From the NCBI GenBank assembly GCA_947564425.1, contig CANOBU010000001.1:158-64157 (forward strand): 64,000 nucleotides of DNA, read 5' to 3'. The position numbers were made by a program, and so were the translations under genes. The notes under the pieces were generated by a model, which was not told the origin of the DNA, made no database searches, and saw only the letters and a list, made by a program, of their open reading frames with translations. This DNA comes from an uncultured Eggerthellaceae bacterium. GTDB taxonomy: Bacteria > Actinomycetota > Coriobacteriia > Coriobacteriales > Eggerthellaceae. Shown here piece after piece: positions 17,248-26,390 of this stretch (within the stretch, counting starts at the first letter, position 1; every line of letters begins with the position of its first letter).

Positions 17248-17739
17248 ATGGACCTTCAGATGCTGCAATTGCTCATGGCCGTGCCGGCATCGCTGGGGTT
17301 CGCCCTGTTCTTCAACATGCGGGGGGCCGCCATGGTGCTGGCCGCCTTGGGCGGCTTCATCAGCTGGGGTGTGTTCCTGCTGGTCGGGCACTGGCTGCCG
17401 GGCGTGGCGGCCCCGTGCTTCATCGCCTCCGTTGCCGCGGCCCTCTATGCCGAGCTGCTGGCGGTGCGGTTCCGGGCTCCGTCGTCGATCTTCTTCATCG
17501 TGGGGGTGATACCCCTTATACCGGGACGCTACCTCTTCGACACCATGCAGGCTGCCGTCGCGGCCGACTGGGCGCAGTTCTGGGACCTCGCCTCCGTCAC
17601 GGGCCAATATGCCCTGGCCATCGCCTTGGGTATAAGCGCCGTATGGGCGGTACGCGAGGTGGTGCGCAGCCTGCGCGAGAAGAAGGGCCGCCCCGAAGGG
17701 TGCGATGGGGAATGCCCGCCAACCTCCGAACCCCGGTAG
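17248..17739 (+). CDS. threonine/serine exporter family protein, C-terminal type (DUF3815)
   Basis: Starts 6 nt after the previous stop. A 163-aa hydrophobic protein, the usual partner of split ThrE systems. Confidence 0.7.
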   Translation: MDLQMLQLLMAVPASLGFALFFNMRGAAMVLAALGGFISWGVFLLVGHWLPGVAAPCFIASVAAALYAELLAVRFRAPSSIFFIVGVIPLIPGRYLFDTMQAAVAADWAQFWDLASVTGQYALAIALGISAVWAVREVVRSLREKKGRPEGCDGECPPTSEPR

Positions 17740-17750
17740 CGGAAGGAATC

Positions 17751-17816
17751 GCATCGGGCGGCCGTGCCCGCAGGGATTCGGCGCAGTAAATCCCGGAGGG
17801 CATGGCCGCCCGATGC
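17751..17816. repeat. GC-rich hairpin between convergent genes
   Basis: 19-bp arms gcatcgggcggccgtgccc (17751-17769) / gggcatggccgcccgatgc (17798-17816) with one G-T wobble, plus an inner gggatt/aatccc pair. It lies between the thrE pair (+) and the accD/A fusion (-). Confidence 0.75.
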
Positions 17817-17845
17817 GGCCCCGGCGGGACGGAACCTGCAGCCCG

Positions 17846-20227
17846 CTAGAAGCGAGCGAAGCGCTGCTGGCGCTGGTCCCGCAGCTCGTCGGGAGACAGG
17901 CTGTCCAGCTGGTCCAGGGCCTCTGCGATATAGGCGCATACGTTGGCTATGGCCTCATCGGGGTTCTCGTGGGCGGCGCCCGGCCCTTCGGGTATCACGT
18001 CGTCCACCACGCCCAGCTTCAGCACCTGGGGGGCGCTCATGCCCATGACTTCGGCGGCTTCCGGTGCCCGCTTGCCATCCTTCCATAGGATCGAGGCGAA
18101 CCCCTCGGGCGAGAGCACCGAGTATACGGCATGCTCCTGCATGGCCACGCGGTTCGAGACGGCCAGGGCCAGCGCGCCGCCGGAGCCGCCCTCGCCCAGC
18201 AGCACGCTGACCACCGGCACATGCAGCCCCGCCATGAGGGCGAGGTTCTCGGCGATGGCGTTGCCCTGGCCCCGCTCCTCGGCTTCGGTGCCGCAGAAGG
18301 CCCCCTGGGTATCCACCAGGCACACGATGGGCCGTCCGAACTTCTCGGCCTGGCGCATGAGCCGTGCGGATTTGCGGTAGCCCTCGGGTTGGGGGCAGCC
18401 GAAGTTGCGGCGCACGCGGTCGTTCAGGTCGGAGCCCTTCTCTTGTCCGATGATGGTGACCGGCTGCCCGTCGATGGTGCCGATGCCCCCTACGATGGCG
18501 CCATCATCGCCGAACCGGCGGTCGCCGTGCAATTCGAAGAAGGTATCGGCGAGGCCGCGGATATAGGCCTGGGCCGTGGGCCGGTGCACGTTGCGCGCCA
18601 GCTGCACGCTTTCCCAGGCGCTGCCGGGTTCGGCCTCGGGGGAAAGCCCCGAGCGCTTCAGCTCGCGCTTCGCATGGCGCTCGAGCCTGCGCTTGTCGCG
18701 GTTGCTCACCGGGGCGGCTTCGCCTCCGCAGCCTGCATCTGCGCCGTCGGCCTGCCGCGCCGGGCGCGAGGCGAAGGGAAGATGCCCCAGCGGGTTTGCG
18801 AACAGGCTGTCGAGCAGCGAGCGCTTCCCGCTGCGCTCCCCATCGGCAGCGGCGGGGGCAGCGGCTGCCGACCCGCTATCGGGTTGGCCCGGGGCTGCGG
18901 GCCGATGCAGGGCCAGAAGGGCTGCGATGGCCTCGCGCAGGCGGCGGCGCTCCACAATGGCGTCGATCAGGCCGTGCTGCAGGGCGAATTCGGCCGTCTG
19001 GAACCCCTCGGGCAGCTCCTGCTTGATGGTATCGCGGATAACGCGCTGGCCGGCGAAGCCGATAAGGGCCCCCGGCTCGGCGATGATGATATCGCCCAAA
19101 GTGGCGAACGAGGCGGTCACGCCGCCGGTGGTGGGGTCGGTCAGCACCGAGAGGTACAGCAGCCCGGCCCGGTCGTGCCGCTCGATGGCGCAGGCGGTCT
19201 TCGCCATCTGCATGAGGGAGGCGAGCCCTTCCTGCATGCGGGCGCCTCCCGAGGCGCAGAACAGCACTACGGGCAAGCCAGCATCGGTGGCGCGGTCGAA
19301 CAGGCGCGCGACCTTCTCGCCCACCGCGGTGCCCATGGAGCCCATGAAGAAGGCGGGTTCCATGAATCCCACCGCAGCCGGCAGGCCGCCGATGGCGCCT
19401 GTGCCCGTGAGCACGGCCTCGCGCTTGCCGCTGCGTTCCCGATGGCCGGCGATCTTCTCGGCATAGCCGGGGAATCCCAGAGGGTCGGAATCAGGGAGGT
19501 CGGCATCCCATTCGGCGAAGGTGCCCTCATCCAGCACCAGCGCGATGCGCTCGTCGGAATCGAGCCGGGCAAGGGTCCCGCAGGAGGGGCACGCATAGCC
19601 CCCCTCGGTGAACTCATCGTTGTCGAAGGCCAGCTTGCAGCTGTGGCACTGGCGCCAGCGGGTGGGTTGCGGCGCGGCGCCGTTGCGGTCGGGCAGGCAT
19701 TCTATCCAGCCGCGCTTGGTCGCATCGGCATCGAAGGGCATGAACACGCGCAGGCCCGTTTCGGCGGCGCGGACGAGGAAGCGGTTGTCGCGGCTGAGGT
19801 CCTGGGATATCCGGCCCAGGAAGATAGCCTGCGCCCCGCATTCCCGCGCCGTTTCCAGCACGGCATGGGCGTTGGTGAAGAGCGCCCGGCTGGGAACCTG
19901 CCCCAGCTTCACGGTCTCCCGGGCTATCTTGGGATTGGCATCGAGGCGCCAATCGCCGGTAAGGGGCATCACGGTGACTATGCCGCTTTCGGCGATGGAG
20001 AGGTATACCTGTCGCGCGGCCTTGCCCTGCACGAGCACCAGGGCCCGGGGCAGGGGGCTGCCGGAGGGCAGCGCATCGGCGAGATCGACGGCGATGCGGT
20101 CGATCGTGTAGACGACGCCCACATCGCCGTCGGCCAAGGGCGCGGGGGCATCGCCGGTTGCGGCGGCGCCGGCAATCGGCGCGGTGCGCAGTTTTCTCTG
20201 GGGCAGTTCGACGTAGCGCTTCGCCAT
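17846..20227 (-). CDS. acetyl-CoA carboxylase carboxyltransferase, AccD-AccA fusion with extra N-terminal domain
   Basis: A 793-aa track ORF with GAAGGAAG upstream. Has the AccD zinc ribbon CHSCKLAF..ACPSCG, a beta-subunit core (GGARMQEG, FAGQRVI), then an alpha-subunit core (FGRPIVCLVDTQGAFCG, GEGGSGGALA). The first ~190 aa are additional (see findings). Confidence 0.9.
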   Translation of the reverse strand: MAKRYVELPQRKLRTAPIAGAAATGDAPAPLADGDVGVVYTIDRIAVDLADALPSGSPLPRALVLVQGKAARQVYLSIAESGIVTVMPLTGDWRLDANPKIARETVKLGQVPSRALFTNAHAVLETARECGAQAIFLGRISQDLSRDNRFLVRAAETGLRVFMPFDADATKRGWIECLPDRNGAAPQPTRWRQCHSCKLAFDNDEFTEGGYACPSCGTLARLDSDERIALVLDEGTFAEWDADLPDSDPLGFPGYAEKIAGHRERSGKREAVLTGTGAIGGLPAAVGFMEPAFFMGSMGTAVGEKVARLFDRATDAGLPVVLFCASGGARMQEGLASLMQMAKTACAIERHDRAGLLYLSVLTDPTTGGVTASFATLGDIIIAEPGALIGFAGQRVIRDTIKQELPEGFQTAEFALQHGLIDAIVERRRLREAIAALLALHRPAAPGQPDSGSAAAAPAAADGERSGKRSLLDSLFANPLGHLPFASRPARQADGADAGCGGEAAPVSNRDKRRLERHAKRELKRSGLSPEAEPGSAWESVQLARNVHRPTAQAYIRGLADTFFELHGDRRFGDDGAIVGGIGTIDGQPVTIIGQEKGSDLNDRVRRNFGCPQPEGYRKSARLMRQAEKFGRPIVCLVDTQGAFCGTEAEERGQGNAIAENLALMAGLHVPVVSVLLGEGGSGGALALAVSNRVAMQEHAVYSVLSPEGFASILWKDGKRAPEAAEVMGMSAPQVLKLGVVDDVIPEGPGAAHENPDEAIANVCAYIAEALDQLDSLSPDELRDQRQQRFARF

Positions 20228-20258
20228 GGTGCTTCCTTCGGGATTGCTCGGGGTCGCT

Positions 20259-20729
20259 CTATTCGCCGGCTGCGGCGGTATCGGCGGGGGCCAATACGTA
20301 TTTCTGCGTGGCGGTGGCGCACACCTTCCCGTCCACCGAGGCCTTCACCTCGGCGACGCAGAGGCGCCGGGACGATTTCACGATGGCGGCCTCCAGGGTC
20401 ACGGTGTCGCCGGGGCGCACCTGGTTGCGGAACTTCGCATTGTCGATGCCCGCGAAGAAGCCCAGGTTGCCCTCGCCGGCCCGGGCCGCCAGGATGCAGA
20501 ACGATGCCGCCTGGGCCAGGGCCTCCATGATGATGACGCCCGGCAGCACCGGGTAGTCCGGGAAATGCCCTTCGAAGAGCGGAAGGTCCTCCGAGGCATC
20601 GAGTTCGGCCACGACCGATACCCCCGGCTCGCAGGCGATGATGCGGCTCACCCACAGGAAGGGGTCGCGGTGGGGCAGTACGGCCTCGATTCGATCGCGG
20701 CCGCAGGGGAAGGCGATGTTGGCATCCAT
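20259..20729 (-). CDS. fabZ: 3-hydroxyacyl-ACP dehydratase
   Basis: Contains LPHRDPFLWV...FEGHFPDYPVLPGVIIMEALAQ, the FabZ hot-dog active-site region. Lies within the FAS II operon. Confidence 0.9.
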   Translation of the reverse strand: MDANIAFPCGRDRIEAVLPHRDPFLWVSRIIACEPGVSVVAELDASEDLPLFEGHFPDYPVLPGVIIMEALAQAASFCILAARAGEGNLGFFAGIDNAKFRNQVRPGDTVTLEAAIVKSSRRLCVAEVKASVDGKVCATATQKYVLAPADTAAAGE

Positions 20730-20740
20730 GGCAGGACCTC

Positions 20741-22024
20741 CTAGCAGGGGCTTATGGCAAGGCAGGCGTTATGGCCGCCGAATCCGAGGGAGTTCGACAG
20801 CGCTACCTTCTGGGGCAGGTTCTCGAGGGGTTCTGCGACCACGTTGAGGGCGCATTCCGGATCCGCTTGTGCGAAGCCGGTCGTGGGGGGTACGCATTGC
20901 CGGGCCACGGAAAGGGCGCACAGGATGGCCTCGATGGCGCCGGCGGCCCCCAGGGTATGGCCGATGGAGCCTTTGGCGGAGGTCACGGGGATGCGGGCAG
21001 CCAGCCCGTCATCGCCGCAGAGGGCGTAGAGGGCGCGCGCCTCGGTCTTGTCGTTGGCGGGCGTGCCGGTGCCGTGGGCGTTCAGGTGCCCGATGTCGGC
21101 CGACGAGAAACCCCCTTCGGCCAACGCCTGGGCCATAGCCCGCACCACGCCCTCGCCCTCGGGGTCGGGGGCGGTCATGTGGTAGGCATCACCCGTCGAG
21201 CCGAAACCGGTGATCTCGGCCAGGGGCCGGGCGCCCCGGGCCAGGGCATGCTCGAGGGATTCCAGCACCAGGGCGCCGGCTCCCTCGCCGGCAACGAAAC
21301 CTTCGCGGCGGGCATCGAAGGGAAGGGACGCGCAGGCGGGGTCTTCGCTCTTGGACAGGGCGCCCAGGTTGGCGAACCCGGCGATGCAGATAGGCGAGAC
21401 CGATTCCTCGGAACCGCCTGCCAGAGCCGCATCGGCGTAGCCGTGGCGGATGGAGCGCACAGCCGCCCCGATGTTGTGGGCGCCTGTGGCGCAGGCCGTC
21501 ACCACGTTTATGCACTCGCCGCGCATGCCGTGGCGGATGGCCAGGTTGCCGGCGGCTATGTTGCCGATCATGGTGGGCACGAACAGCGGGTTCACGCGCT
21601 TGGGGCCCTTCTCGCCCAGGGTGTCGAAACCCTTCTGCAGCTCATCGATGCCGCCGATGCCCGTGCCGAAGGCGACGGCCACGCGGGTGGGGTCCTCGGC
21701 CTGCATATTCAGGCCCGACTGGGCTAGGGCCTCATCGGCGGCTACCAGGGCGTACTGCACGAAGCGCTCGAAGCGCCGCGCCTCCTTCTTCGACAATCCG
21801 TGCTGGGTGGCGTCGAAACCGCGCACTTCGGCAGCGTTGTGCACCTCGTAGTCGGCGGTGTCGAAGCGCTCGATGGGGCCGATACAGCATTCCTTCGCCA
21901 TGATGGCATCCCATAGGGCGTCCACGCCCACGCCGGCGGGTGATACGGCCCCCATGCCGGTTATGACGACGCGATGGGTGCCGTCGGGGCGGCGGGTATC
22001 TGCGGTTGCATTCGTCGGGTTCAT
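20741..22024 (-). CDS. fabF: beta-ketoacyl-ACP synthase II
   Basis: Contains RVVITGMGAVSP, VVTACATGAHNIG (active-site Cys), HGTGTPANDK and SNSLGFGGHNA. The start overlaps the fabG stop by 4 nt (ATGA). Confidence 0.95.
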   Translation of the reverse strand: MNPTNATADTRRPDGTHRVVITGMGAVSPAGVGVDALWDAIMAKECCIGPIERFDTADYEVHNAAEVRGFDATQHGLSKKEARRFERFVQYALVAADEALAQSGLNMQAEDPTRVAVAFGTGIGGIDELQKGFDTLGEKGPKRVNPLFVPTMIGNIAAGNLAIRHGMRGECINVVTACATGAHNIGAAVRSIRHGYADAALAGGSEESVSPICIAGFANLGALSKSEDPACASLPFDARREGFVAGEGAGALVLESLEHALARGARPLAEITGFGSTGDAYHMTAPDPEGEGVVRAMAQALAEGGFSSADIGHLNAHGTGTPANDKTEARALYALCGDDGLAARIPVTSAKGSIGHTLGAAGAIEAILCALSVARQCVPPTTGFAQADPECALNVVAEPLENLPQKVALSNSLGFGGHNACLAISPC

Positions 22025-22785
22025 AGGGCAAGACCTCCATCGACGGCGATTACCTGACCGGTTATATATGATGCGGCGGGGCTTGCGAGGAAGGCCGCCA
22101 GGGCGGCGACATCGGCCGCCTCGCCCAGGCGCCCCAGGCCGATGCGCGACGATATCTCATCGCGCTGCGCGTCGGTCAGGGCATCGGTCATGTCGGTGGC
22201 GATGAATCCCGGGGCGATGGCGTTCACGGTTATATTGCGCCGCGCCAGCTCCTTCGCCAGGGATTTCGTCAACCCGATCACGCCGGCCTTGCTGGCAGCG
22301 TAATTCGCCTGCCCGGCGTTGCCGGCGATGCCCACGATGCTGCTCATGTTGATGATGCGCCCCCGGCGCTGCTTCATCATGGGTTTCGCCGCCGCTTTAC
22401 AGCAGTTGAATGTGCCCTTCAGGTTGATGCCGACCACCGCATCGAAATCCTCCTCGCTCATGCGGGCTATCAGGCCGTCGCGGGTGATGCCGGCGTTGTT
22501 CACCAGCACATCGATGGCTCCCAGCTGGGCGATGGTATCGTCTACCAGCTGTCCGGCAGCCCGGGCATCCGACACGTCGGCGGCGAAGGCCCGGGTCTCC
22601 ACGCCGTAGGTTTCGGCGATGCGGGCGGCATGGTTGCGGGTGCGCTCGAGGCTGCCCTCGCCCGAGCAGTTCAGGGCTATGGAGAACCCGTCTTTCGCCA
22701 GCGCTTCCGCGCAGGCCAGGCCTATGCCGCGGCCCGATCCCGTGACAAGGGCCGCGGGGGCCCTGTTATCCCCAGGGGTGCTCAT
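22021..22785 (-). CDS. fabG: 3-oxoacyl-ACP reductase (SDR)
   Basis: In frame with ORF 22021..23283. ATG 22785 overlaps the fabD stop (ATGA). Contains ALVTGSGRGIGLA, NNAG and YAASKAG. 254 aa. Confidence 0.9.
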   Translation of the reverse strand: MSTPGDNRAPAALVTGSGRGIGLACAEALAKDGFSIALNCSGEGSLERTRNHAARIAETYGVETRAFAADVSDARAAGQLVDDTIAQLGAIDVLVNNAGITRDGLIARMSEEDFDAVVGINLKGTFNCCKAAAKPMMKQRRGRIINMSSIVGIAGNAGQANYAASKAGVIGLTKSLAKELARRNITVNAIAPGFIATDMTDALTDAQRDEISSRIGLGRLGEAADVAALAAFLASPAASYITGQVIAVDGGLAL

Positions 22786-23750
22786 CGCTGTTCCTCCCAT
22801 CGGTCCAGGAATTCCTCGAAGCCGGCCCGGTCTTGGATGCAGGGGCGCTCGAGGTCCTTGTCGATGCGCCGTACCAGGCCTGCCAGCACGCCGCCGTAGC
22901 CGATCTCGGCGAAGAGGGTCGCCCCGCATCCGGCCAGGGACCGCACGCTCTGCTCGAACAGCACGGGGTGGGTCAGATGGTCGGCCAGGCGCCGGCGCAC
23001 GGTGGCGGCATCGAGCAGCGCGGCATCGGTGTTGCATACGATCGGTATGGCCGGCGCGGCGAATTCGACGGTTTCCAGATACTCTGCGAAGGGCGCCCGG
23101 GCCTCTTCCATGAGGGGGCTGTGGAAGGCGCCCTGGGTGGCCAGGCGGCTGGCGCGGCCGCCCTGCTGCCTCCAAGCCTCCTCGGCCCGCTCGATGGCGG
23201 CCGGGGTGCCGGCTATGACGATCTGCCCGGGGCAGTTGCAATTGGCCGGTGCCAGCACCTCGCCTTGGGCGCAGTCCCGGCACAGGGCATCGACGGCTTC
23301 GCAGTCGGCCTTCAGCAGGGCGCTCATGGCCCCGGGGTTGCGCCGGGCGGCCTCGTCCATGGCGGCTGACCGCGCATCTATGATGCGGAACGCCCCCTCG
23401 TCATCCACCATGCCGCCCAGGGCGATGGCGCTTATCTGGCCCAGCGAGAAGCCCAGCAGGGCATCGGGCTCGATGCCCCGGGCCGCCAGGGCGCGGCCGA
23501 TGCCGATGGATAGGGCGGCGATGGCCGCTTGGGCGTTGCGCGTCTCGTTCAGGCGCTCGGCGGCTGCGGGGCTGTCGTCTGCCACCAGGGCGGCTATATC
23601 GCGCCCCAGCACATCCGAGGCGCATTCGAAGGTGCGCGCCACTTCCGGTACTTCGAGCAGCGACAGGCCCATGCCGGGCTTCTGCGAGCCCTGGCCCGAG
23701 GCCATGAATACCGTACGGGGGCTTTCGGCCCCGAATATCATCTCATCCAT
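22782..23750 (-). CDS. fabD: malonyl-CoA:ACP transacylase
   Basis: Contains FMASGQGSQKPGMG and GFSLGQISA (active-site GxSxG). 322 aa, in operon context. Confidence 0.9.
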   Translation of the reverse strand: MDEMIFGAESPRTVFMASGQGSQKPGMGLSLLEVPEVARTFECASDVLGRDIAALVADDSPAAAERLNETRNAQAAIAALSIGIGRALAARGIEPDALLGFSLGQISAIALGGMVDDEGAFRIIDARSAAMDEAARRNPGAMSALLKADCEAVDALCRDCAQGEVLAPANCNCPGQIVIAGTPAAIERAEEAWRQQGGRASRLATQGAFHSPLMEEARAPFAEYLETVEFAAPAIPIVCNTDAALLDAATVRRRLADHLTHPVLFEQSVRSLAGCGATLFAEIGYGGVLAGLVRRIDKDLERPCIQDRAGFEEFLDRWEEQR

Positions 23751-23761
23751 GGAGCGCCCGC

Positions 23762-24736
23762 CTAGTCGTCGAGCATACGGCCCTGGCGCGCGTTCAGCGC
23801 CGCCAGGGATTCGATGTCCAGGTTGCAGAGGGCCTCGGCCTCTTCGATCACCTGCGAGATGACCTGGGCCGCCGTTCCGCGCTCGCGTACCACGGCGGCG
23901 ATCTGGCCGGCCATGACGGAGCCGTTCTCCATATCGCCCTCCACCGCGCGCTTCAGGGAGCCGGCATACATGCCCTCGAGGTCATCGGGGTTGGTGCAGG
24001 CCAGCTCGCGCTTGCGGCATTCGCGGGCGAACCGGTTCTTCAGGCCGCGTACCGGATGGCCCGTGCCGCGGCCGGTCACGATGGTGTCGGAATCCTTGGC
24101 TCCCAGCACCTTCTGCTTCCAAGGGTCGCATACGGTGCATTCTTCTACGGTGAGGAAGCGGGTTCCCATCTGCACGCCCTCGGCCCCCAGGGCGAAGGCG
24201 GCGCACAGCCCGCGGCCATCGGCTATGCCGCCGGCCGCGATGACGGGGATCGATACCGCCTCGCGCACCGAGGGGACAAGGGCCATGGTGGTCAGCTCGC
24301 CCACATGGCCGCCGGCTTCGGTGCCTTCGGCCACCACGGCATCGGCGCCCAGGCGCTCCATGCGCTTCGCCTGGGCGGTGGTCGCCACCACGGGGATCAC
24401 CTTGATGCCCGCCTCCTTCCACAGGGGCAGGTAGTCAACGGGGCTGCCGGCGCCGGTGGTGACCGCATCGATCTTCAGGTCGGCCAGCAGCTGCGCCACC
24501 TCGGCGGCACGGGGGTCCATCAGCATCACGTTGGCGCCGATGGGCTTATCGGTGAGGGAACGGGCCTTGCGCACCTGCTCTTCCACCCAATCCAGGTGGG
24601 CGCCTCCGCAGGCTATGATGCCCAGGCCGCCGGCCTCGCTTACCGCCGCCGCCAGGGATGCATCGGCAATACGGGCCATAGCACCCTGGATCACGGGTGC
24701 TTCTATGCCGAGAAGCTCGGTTATGCGTGTTCTCAT
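23762..24736 (-). CDS. fabK: enoyl-ACP reductase II (FMN-dependent, nitronate monooxygenase fold)
   Basis: Contains ITELLGIEAPVIQGAM and GGIADGRG, and sits between acpP and fabD as FabK genes do in FAS II clusters. No FabI is present in the cluster. Confidence 0.8.
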   Translation of the reverse strand: MRTRITELLGIEAPVIQGAMARIADASLAAAVSEAGGLGIIACGGAHLDWVEEQVRKARSLTDKPIGANVMLMDPRAAEVAQLLADLKIDAVTTGAGSPVDYLPLWKEAGIKVIPVVATTAQAKRMERLGADAVVAEGTEAGGHVGELTTMALVPSVREAVSIPVIAAGGIADGRGLCAAFALGAEGVQMGTRFLTVEECTVCDPWKQKVLGAKDSDTIVTGRGTGHPVRGLKNRFARECRKRELACTNPDDLEGMYAGSLKRAVEGDMENGSVMAGQIAAVVRERGTAAQVISQVIEEAEALCNLDIESLAALNARQGRMLDD

Positions 24737-24748
24737 GGGCCTTGGCGC

Positions 24749-24970
24749 CTACTTCAGGGAGTCGATATGCGCGACGATATCCCCGATGGTGTTCAGGCCG
24801 TTGGGCTCGCCGAAGTCGATCTCGCAGCGCTCCTCGATGTCGCAGACCAGCTCTACCATGTCGAGGGAATCGATGCCCAGCGACTCGACGGTGGCATCCT
24901 CGGTGATGGCCTCGGGGTCGAGGTCGAGGTTCTCGACGAGCACTTCGCGGACGGTATCGATGGTGGCCAT
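24749..24970 (-). CDS. acpP: acyl carrier protein (73 aa)
   Basis: C-terminal 73 aa of ORF 24749..25546, starting at ATG 24970 behind AAAGGAG. The sequence MATIDTVREVLVENLDLDPEAI...LGIDSLDMVELV carries the DSL phosphopantetheine site. Confidence 0.9.
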   Translation of the reverse strand: MATIDTVREVLVENLDLDPEAITEDATVESLGIDSLDMVELVCDIEERCEIDFGEPNGLNTIGDIVAHIDSLK

Positions 24971-25010
24971 GATGAGGCTCCTTTCCGATGGGTTTCCAAT
25001 AAACCCGTAT

Positions 25011-25016
25011 ATTGTA
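25011..25016 (-). promoter_or_regulatory. TACAAT -10 candidate for the acpP-fab operon
   Basis: The plus-strand attgta at 25011-25016 reads TACAAT on the minus strand, about 40 nt upstream of the acpP ATG. The palindrome gggttt-N5-aaaccc (24990-25006) lies in the would-be leader. Confidence 0.3.
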
Positions 25017-25150
25017 AAGGAACCGCAGCGGGATAGGCGAAGGCGCTTGCGCTCTTGCAAAAAAAATCGCCGAGCATCAAACTGTTCCGAGCAAGCGGCG
25101 CCTGCGATGCGCCGCGCAGACCTTTTTCCGATGCATGCGAGGAGACGGCC

Positions 25151-26242
25151 ATGGGATGCAGGATAGCCGGATGCGGCAAGGCGCTGCCGCAGCTTGCGGT
25201 GACCAACGACGATCTGGCACAGCTGGTGGATACGAGCGACGAGTGGATCGTGGAGCGCACGGGGATCCACCGCCGCCATATAGCCATCGGCGAGACGGCC
25301 ACCGACCTGGCCGCCGCCGCCTGCACCGATGCCCTGGCCCGGGCCGATCTGGCACCGGCCGATATCGACCTTCTGATATGCATGACCATAAGCCCCGACT
25401 CGGTGGTGCCGTCCCAGGCATCCCTCATACGGGCGCGCATAGGGCTGGACAACGCCATCGCCTTCGACCTGAATGCCGCCTGCACCGGATGCATCTACGG
25501 CATGGAGGTGGCATCGACCATGATCGAGGCCTCGATGCTCTCCCAAGGCGTCGCAAGCCCCCTAGCCCACAGGCGCAACCCTTTAAGGCGCGCCCTGGTG
25601 GTGGGCGCCGAGCGCCTTTCCCGCATAACCGACTGGAGCGACCGCGCAACCTGCGTGCTGTTCGGCGACGGCGCCGGGGCGGTGGTCCTGGAATGGAGCG
25701 AGGAGGCGCCGGGCATCCTGGCCAGCTTCCTGAAGAACACCGACGACGACACCCTGTGCCTCACATGCGACCAGTCCTTCGATATGTCCACTTTCCCCTT
25801 TGCCGAGGGGGCGGCATGCGAGAGCGTGGGCGCCGTGATGGGCATCCAGGCGGTCGATAAGGAAGGGAATCCGGCGGGGATTGCGCCCCATCTGCCCTTC
25901 ATCCGCATGCAGGGTCAGCGGGTGTTCAAGTTCGCCACCGCCGCCATCGTGGAGGCGGCCCGCGAGGTGTGCGAGCGGGCCGGGGTTTCTTTGGACGAGG
26001 TGAGCTGCATCGTGCCCCACCAGGCCAACGACCGCATCATCCGCTACGCGGCCAAGAAGCTGGGCGTGCCCTACGAGCGCTGGCAGGTATCCATCGGCGA
26101 AGTGGGCAACACCAGCGCCTCCAGCGTGCTGATGGCATTGAGCGATGCCTATGCCGCCGGGCGCATCCAGGCCGGCGATAAGGTGATGCTCGTGGGATTC
26201 GGGGGCGGCCTGACCTCCGGGGCGCTGTTGTTCGTGGCTTAG
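25151..26242 (+). CDS. fabH: beta-ketoacyl-ACP synthase III
   Basis: In frame with ORF 25055..26242. ATG 25151 follows GAGGAG. Contains TSDEWIVERTGI, LNAACTGCIYG (Cys), VPHQANDRII (His) and GNTSASS (Asn). Carries two insertions relative to what I recall of typical FabH. Confidence 0.9.
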   Translation: MGCRIAGCGKALPQLAVTNDDLAQLVDTSDEWIVERTGIHRRHIAIGETATDLAAAACTDALARADLAPADIDLLICMTISPDSVVPSQASLIRARIGLDNAIAFDLNAACTGCIYGMEVASTMIEASMLSQGVASPLAHRRNPLRRALVVGAERLSRITDWSDRATCVLFGDGAGAVVLEWSEEAPGILASFLKNTDDDTLCLTCDQSFDMSTFPFAEGAACESVGAVMGIQAVDKEGNPAGIAPHLPFIRMQGQRVFKFATAAIVEAAREVCERAGVSLDEVSCIVPHQANDRIIRYAAKKLGVPYERWQVSIGEVGNTSASSVLMALSDAYAAGRIQAGDKVMLVGFGGGLTSGALLFVA

Positions 26243-26261
26243 GTTCTTTGACCTGGGGGAC

Positions 26262-26337
26262 GGGCCGCTTCGGACGGGAGGGCCCTTCGGGGTTTACTGC
26301 GCCGAACCCCTGCGGGCCCTCCCGCCCGAAGCGGCCC
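26262..26337. repeat. GC-rich hairpin between convergent fabH and 26391..27380
   Basis: gggccgcttcggacgggagggccc...gggccctcccgcccgaagcggccc forms 24-nt arms with one mismatch. An inner ggggtt/aacccc pair extends the stem. Confidence 0.75.
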
Positions 26338-26390
26338 TGGCCTTTGCTGCGGCAGCCAGCCTCTGGCCTGCGGACGGGATGCGGCGCGGG

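Noticed and set aside
18131-20530. Other long antisense or shadow ORFs, for example 18131..20530 (+), 49250..51610 (-), 61562..63673 (-), 1260..2765 (-), 2788..4275 (-), 5029..7542 (-), 7506..9269 (-), 16054..17754 (-), 57738..59396 (-) and 59179..60825 (-).
   Set aside because: Each overlaps a gene on the other strand or in another frame that has clear family motifs. Their products are Arg/Gly/Ala/Pro/His-rich low-complexity strings. These are GC-bias artefacts.
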